Below are positions 60,754 to 63,881 of a stretch of DNA of 63,881 nt, piece after piece. The notes beneath the pieces were generated by a model. That model did not search any database and had not been told where the DNA came from. It saw nothing but the letters and a program-made list of their open reading frames with translations. The position numbers and the translations under genes were made by a program. This DNA comes from Candidatus Omnitrophota bacterium (GTDB lineage: Bacteria; Omnitrophota; Gorgyraeia; Gygaellales; Profunditerraquicolaceae): contig JAHJCJ010000052.1 in NCBI GenBank assembly GCA_018812825.1, positions 1 to 63,881 on the forward strand, given 5' to 3'. Position 1 is the stretch's first letter; the number at the start of each line of letters is the position of its first letter.

Positions 60754-62469
60754 ATGCAAAGAGATAAGTATTTAAGATTAGGTGAACTTCTCATAAGAGA
60801 AGGCTTAATTACACCTAGCCAATTAGAAAAGGCGATTAGTGTTCAAAGGCAGGAGTCCGGCCGGTTGGGTGAGATATTAATCAAGTTGGATATGGTAAAA
60901 GAGGACCAGATTGTAGCTGCGCTGGGAAAGCAGCTGAATGTTCCTTTTTTTACTCTTGGTACGGGCATGCTTAAACCAGTGGCTGGCCAAGGGCTAGAGC
61001 ATTTAATCTTGCAGGAGTTTGCGTTTAAGAATTACGTATTGCCTTTATCGCGTACACTCAGGTCACTTACAGTGGCCATGTTCGATCCGCTTGATTTTAT
61101 TCTTATAGATAATTTAAAAAAACTTACGGGTTGTGAAATTAACCCGGTTATTGCCACGCGTTCGGATATAAAGAAGGCAATTGAGGAATTCTACGGGAAG
61201 TCTGCGATGTTGCGGGATGCTGTTGAGTCTAGCTATAATATTGATACAACAACGCAAGAGATGGGAGATGATTTAGGCCAGGAGTTAAGCCTGGACAAGC
61301 TAATTGCACGTGCCGAAGAAGCGCCAGTTGTCAAGATAGTAGATTTGATTATCCGGCAGGCAATTGAAGAAGGTGCCTCGGACATACACATTGAGCCTTT
61401 TAAGGAGAGGACTTCTTTAAGGTACCGAATTGACGGGAAGCTTTGTGAAATACCTCCTCCGGCAAAGCATCTGCATTTGCCGATTGTTTCGCGCGTAAAA
61501 ATTTTAGCAAAAATGGATATTGCGGAGAAACGCCTTCCGCAGGACGGAGCGATTTTAGTGCGTATTAATGACCGGCCGATTGATATCCGAGTTTCGGTTA
61601 TTCCGACTATTTATGGTGAAAAAGCGGTAATGAGGATACTAGATCGTGGCAACAAGGTTTTGGATTTAAGTTCCGCTGGCTTTGATGTCAAGCAGATGGA
61701 GTATGTGCGTAAGGCAATTAATCAGCCGTATGGGTTAGTTTTTGTTACCGGCCCCACCGGAAGCGGAAAATCGACTACTCTTTATGCTATTTTAAGCGAG
61801 ATTAGGAACCCTTCGAAGAATATTGTTACTGTTGAAGACCCCGTAGAATATAAAATGGATGGGATCAATCAGGTTCAGATTAAGCCTGAAGTTGGGCTTA
61901 CATTTGCTGCTGCATTGCGGAGTTTCTTGCGTCAGGATCCGGATATTATGATGGTGGGAGAAGTCCGAGATTTGGAAACAGCCCAAATCTGCATTCGCTC
62001 AGCGCTCACCGGGCATTTGGTTTTAAGTACCCTGCACACTAATGATGCGCCTTCTGCAGCAAATCGTCTTATGGATATTGGTGTTGAGCCGTATATGTTA
62101 GCCCCTTCTTTACTTGTTGTTATTGCTCAGAGATTGATTAGAAAATTATGCCTAGAATGTAAAGAGGCATATGAACCTACTCCTGAACAATTAAGGGGGT
62201 CAAATGTTAAAGTTGAGTTGATTTATCGGCATAAAGGATGCGCTAAATGCAATAACACCGGGTATAGAGGCAGGACTAATATTTGCGAGGTCATGCCTTG
62301 TACCATAGAAATACAGGATTTGATTAATCAAAGGGCTTCTTATCAAAAGATACGGGAGGTAGCTCGGGCGGCAGGGATGCAGACGCTTTATGAATCAGGA
62401 ATTAAGAAGGTTGAGAGCGGGATAACTTCTTTAGAGGAAGTTTTTTCCGTTACATTAGGAGTAGAGTAA
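60754..62469 (+). CDS. pilB: Type IV pilus / T2SS assembly ATPase (PilB/GspE)
   Basis: N-terminal MshEN-like domain, GPTGSGKST Walker A, and the tetra-Cys motif CLEC...CAKC. Confidence 0.9.
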   Translation: MQRDKYLRLGELLIREGLITPSQLEKAISVQRQESGRLGEILIKLDMVKEDQIVAALGKQLNVPFFTLGTGMLKPVAGQGLEHLILQEFAFKNYVLPLSRTLRSLTVAMFDPLDFILIDNLKKLTGCEINPVIATRSDIKKAIEEFYGKSAMLRDAVESSYNIDTTTQEMGDDLGQELSLDKLIARAEEAPVVKIVDLIIRQAIEEGASDIHIEPFKERTSLRYRIDGKLCEIPPPAKHLHLPIVSRVKILAKMDIAEKRLPQDGAILVRINDRPIDIRVSVIPTIYGEKAVMRILDRGNKVLDLSSAGFDVKQMEYVRKAINQPYGLVFVTGPTGSGKSTTLYAILSEIRNPSKNIVTVEDPVEYKMDGINQVQIKPEVGLTFAAALRSFLRQDPDIMMVGEVRDLETAQICIRSALTGHLVLSTLHTNDAPSAANRLMDIGVEPYMLAPSLLVVIAQRLIRKLCLECKEAYEPTPEQLRGSNVKVELIYRHKGCAKCNNTGYRGRTNICEVMPCTIEIQDLINQRASYQKIREVARAAGMQTLYESGIKKVESGITSLEEVFSVTLGVE

Positions 62470-63707
62470 TGCTGAAATTTTATTATATAGCCAGGAATAA
62501 TCTGGGGGCAAAGGAAACTGGGGTAGAAGAAGGGCTGAATCAGGAAGAGGTGGTTAGCAAAATTCAATCCCGGGGATTAATTGTGATCAGTGTTATTCCT
62601 GAGAATACCGAAGCCTTTAACAGTAAAGAAATTAATCCTAACGTTAAAGTTAAATTCAAACAGAAGCGCGATCGGATTACTGGAGCTGATCTTACTCTTT
62701 TCTGCCGGCAGTTATCAACTTTGCTTGGTGCAGGAGTTACTATTCTTAAAAGCCTGGATATAATTTCTAAGCAGGTAGTCAGTAGAAAATTTTATGCGGT
62801 TGTTGTGAATTTGCAGAAAAATATGGAGGCGGGATTAAGTTTTCATGAGGCAATGGTCAAGCATCCAAAAGTTTTTTCGGATCTTTGGGTAAATCTTGTG
62901 GAAAGCGGGGAGGCTAGCGGGAATCTGGCAGTAGTATTAAGCCGTCTTGCCACATACTTAGAAAGGGATGCGGAATTTAGGGGCAAGGTTATCTCGGCCT
63001 TAATTTATCCAGGAATTCTGCTGTTTGCAGGATTAGGTGCATTATTCTTAATGGCAGTAAAAATTGTGCCTACCTTTGCAGAAATATTCAAAGGTTTTAA
63101 TATTACCCTGCCTTTGCTTACTCGGATATTGTTAATGGTGAGCGATTTTCTAAGGTTTAATACGATTGCGATATTCTTAGTTATTGGAGGGATAGTTTTT
63201 ACTTTCAAGAGCTACCTTAAGACTAAGACAGGCAGAAGGAATTTTGAGAGTTTTAAGTTTAAAATGCCTGTATTTGGCGAGTTCTTTATGGCTTTAAATG
63301 TAGAAAGATTTTCTTCTGAAATGTCTACACTTTTGGAATCGGGAGTCCCTATTCTTTATTCTTTGGAAATATCAGAACGCAGTGTGGGGAATTTGGTTAT
63401 GGCGGATATCATTCGTAAGATTAAAGATGATGTGCGCGAGGGTAAGTCTTTACGTGAACCTTTAGAGAAAAGCGCTTTTTTTGACCCTATGTTTATCCAA
63501 ATGGTCAGTATTGGTGAAGAGATCGGAGAGCTTCCGCAGATGTTTAAAAAAATCAATAATTTTTATCAGGATTATTGCGGTGTATTTCTTACGCGTTTTG
63601 TTTCTATGTTTGAGCCTTTTGTTTTGGTTTTTATTGGTGGGATTATAGGGCTTATGATTACAGGTATCTTTTTGCCAATATTTGAGATTTCAAAAATCGG
63701 AGGATAG
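62469..63707 (+). CDS. pilC: Type IV pilus / T2SS platform protein (PilC/GspF)
   Basis: 412 aa, duplicated GspF domains, three TM segments. Confidence 0.88.
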   Translation: MLKFYYIARNNLGAKETGVEEGLNQEEVVSKIQSRGLIVISVIPENTEAFNSKEINPNVKVKFKQKRDRITGADLTLFCRQLSTLLGAGVTILKSLDIISKQVVSRKFYAVVVNLQKNMEAGLSFHEAMVKHPKVFSDLWVNLVESGEASGNLAVVLSRLATYLERDAEFRGKVISALIYPGILLFAGLGALFLMAVKIVPTFAEIFKGFNITLPLLTRILLMVSDFLRFNTIAIFLVIGGIVFTFKSYLKTKTGRRNFESFKFKMPVFGEFFMALNVERFSSEMSTLLESGVPILYSLEISERSVGNLVMADIIRKIKDDVREGKSLREPLEKSAFFDPMFIQMVSIGEEIGELPQMFKKINNFYQDYCGVFLTRFVSMFEPFVLVFIGGIIGLMITGIFLPIFEISKIGG

Positions 63708-63710
63708 TTA

Positions 63711-63739
63711 TTGACAATTTTGAGAAGCGGCTGTAAAAT
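63711..63739 (+). promoter_or_regulatory. Promoter of the pilin gene
   Basis: TTGACA, 17-nt spacer, TAAAAT, then SD AAAGGAGGAG. Confidence 0.55.
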
Positions 63740-63770
63740 ACTTCACAGAACAGTAAAAAGGAGGAGTAAA

Positions 63771-63881
63771 ATGAGAAAAGGTTTTACGCTTATCGAATTA
63801 ATTGTGGTTATCATTATCGTTGGTATCTTGGCGTCTGTAGGTATGACGCAGTATACTAAAGTAGTGGAGAAAGGCCGTGCT
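63771..63881 (+). CDS. Type IV pilin / pseudopilin, N-terminal fragment (runs off the window)
   Basis: MRKGFTLIELIVVIIIVGILASV is a prepilin cleavage/methylation motif. Not in the ORF track because it is truncated. Confidence 0.85.
   Translation, partial: MRKGFTLIELIVVIIIVGILASVGMTQYTKVVEKGRA

Noticed and set aside
977-63556. All minus-strand ORFs in the six-frame track, for example 3073-3552, 7445-7903, 11949-12395, 14937-15395, 32528-33004, 47585-47986 and 58739-59116.
   Set aside because: Each lies antisense to a + strand gene that has clear family motifs. Their translations are low-complexity with no recognisable motifs, as expected for shadow ORFs in an AT-rich genome.

Overview
AT-rich bacterial chromosomal segment carrying about 70 protein-coding genes, every one on the + strand. 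I recognised no rRNA, tRNA, CRISPR array, transposase or integrase by eye. All minus-strand ORFs and the alternative-frame + ORFs in the track look like shadows of + strand genes.

Gene order:
- A c-di-GMP module: 5'-truncated HD-GYP sensor, PilZ, an unknown protein and Smr.
- Two cold-shock genes, then a YkgJ-like / small membrane / DUF296 operon.
- aroG-like DAHP synthase, pgi, a zinc-ribbon M48 peptidase and dusB.
- A small accessory stretch: GEF-repeat secreted protein, holin-superfamily membrane protein, YgjP-like peptidase, cobB sirtuin, DUF3857-transglutaminase, AtuA-like/DUF4387 pair, and an S4 protein.
- A 615-nt structured non-coding region, then recG-rsmD-coaD.
- The classic yceD-rpmF-plsX-fabHDG-acpP-fabF cluster.
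- leuCDB, asd, truA, rplM-rpsI, argCJBDFGH.
- lysA-dapF-dapA-dapB-dapL, folK, panC, nadX.
- A tiny tandemly duplicated basic protein.
- A PMT-like glycosyltransferase with TPR repeats, uvrA, and a large TPR protein.
- A compact type IV pilus / type II secretion-like cluster: wHTH, PilX-like, excisionase-type HTH, PilM-PilN fusion, PilO, PilP-like, secretin, ATPase, platform protein, and a pilin truncated at the window end.

The most unusual signal is not a gene. It is a 44-nt imperfect palindrome present three times inside the coding sequences of housekeeping genes: once in asd and twice in uvrA in opposite orientations. Each copy is read in frame, reminiscent of Rickettsia palindromic elements.

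Other signals:
- Related GC-rich palindromes and a conserved intercistronic element, which fill gaps in the leu and arg operons.
- Tandem covarying hairpin modules upstream of recG.
- Three promoter-then-terminator leader arrangements.
- Several apparently leaderless operon-first genes.
- A near-identical 31-nt promoter-like repeat bracketing 3.7 kb.

All coordinates and identities come from reading and hand alignment, not from database searches.
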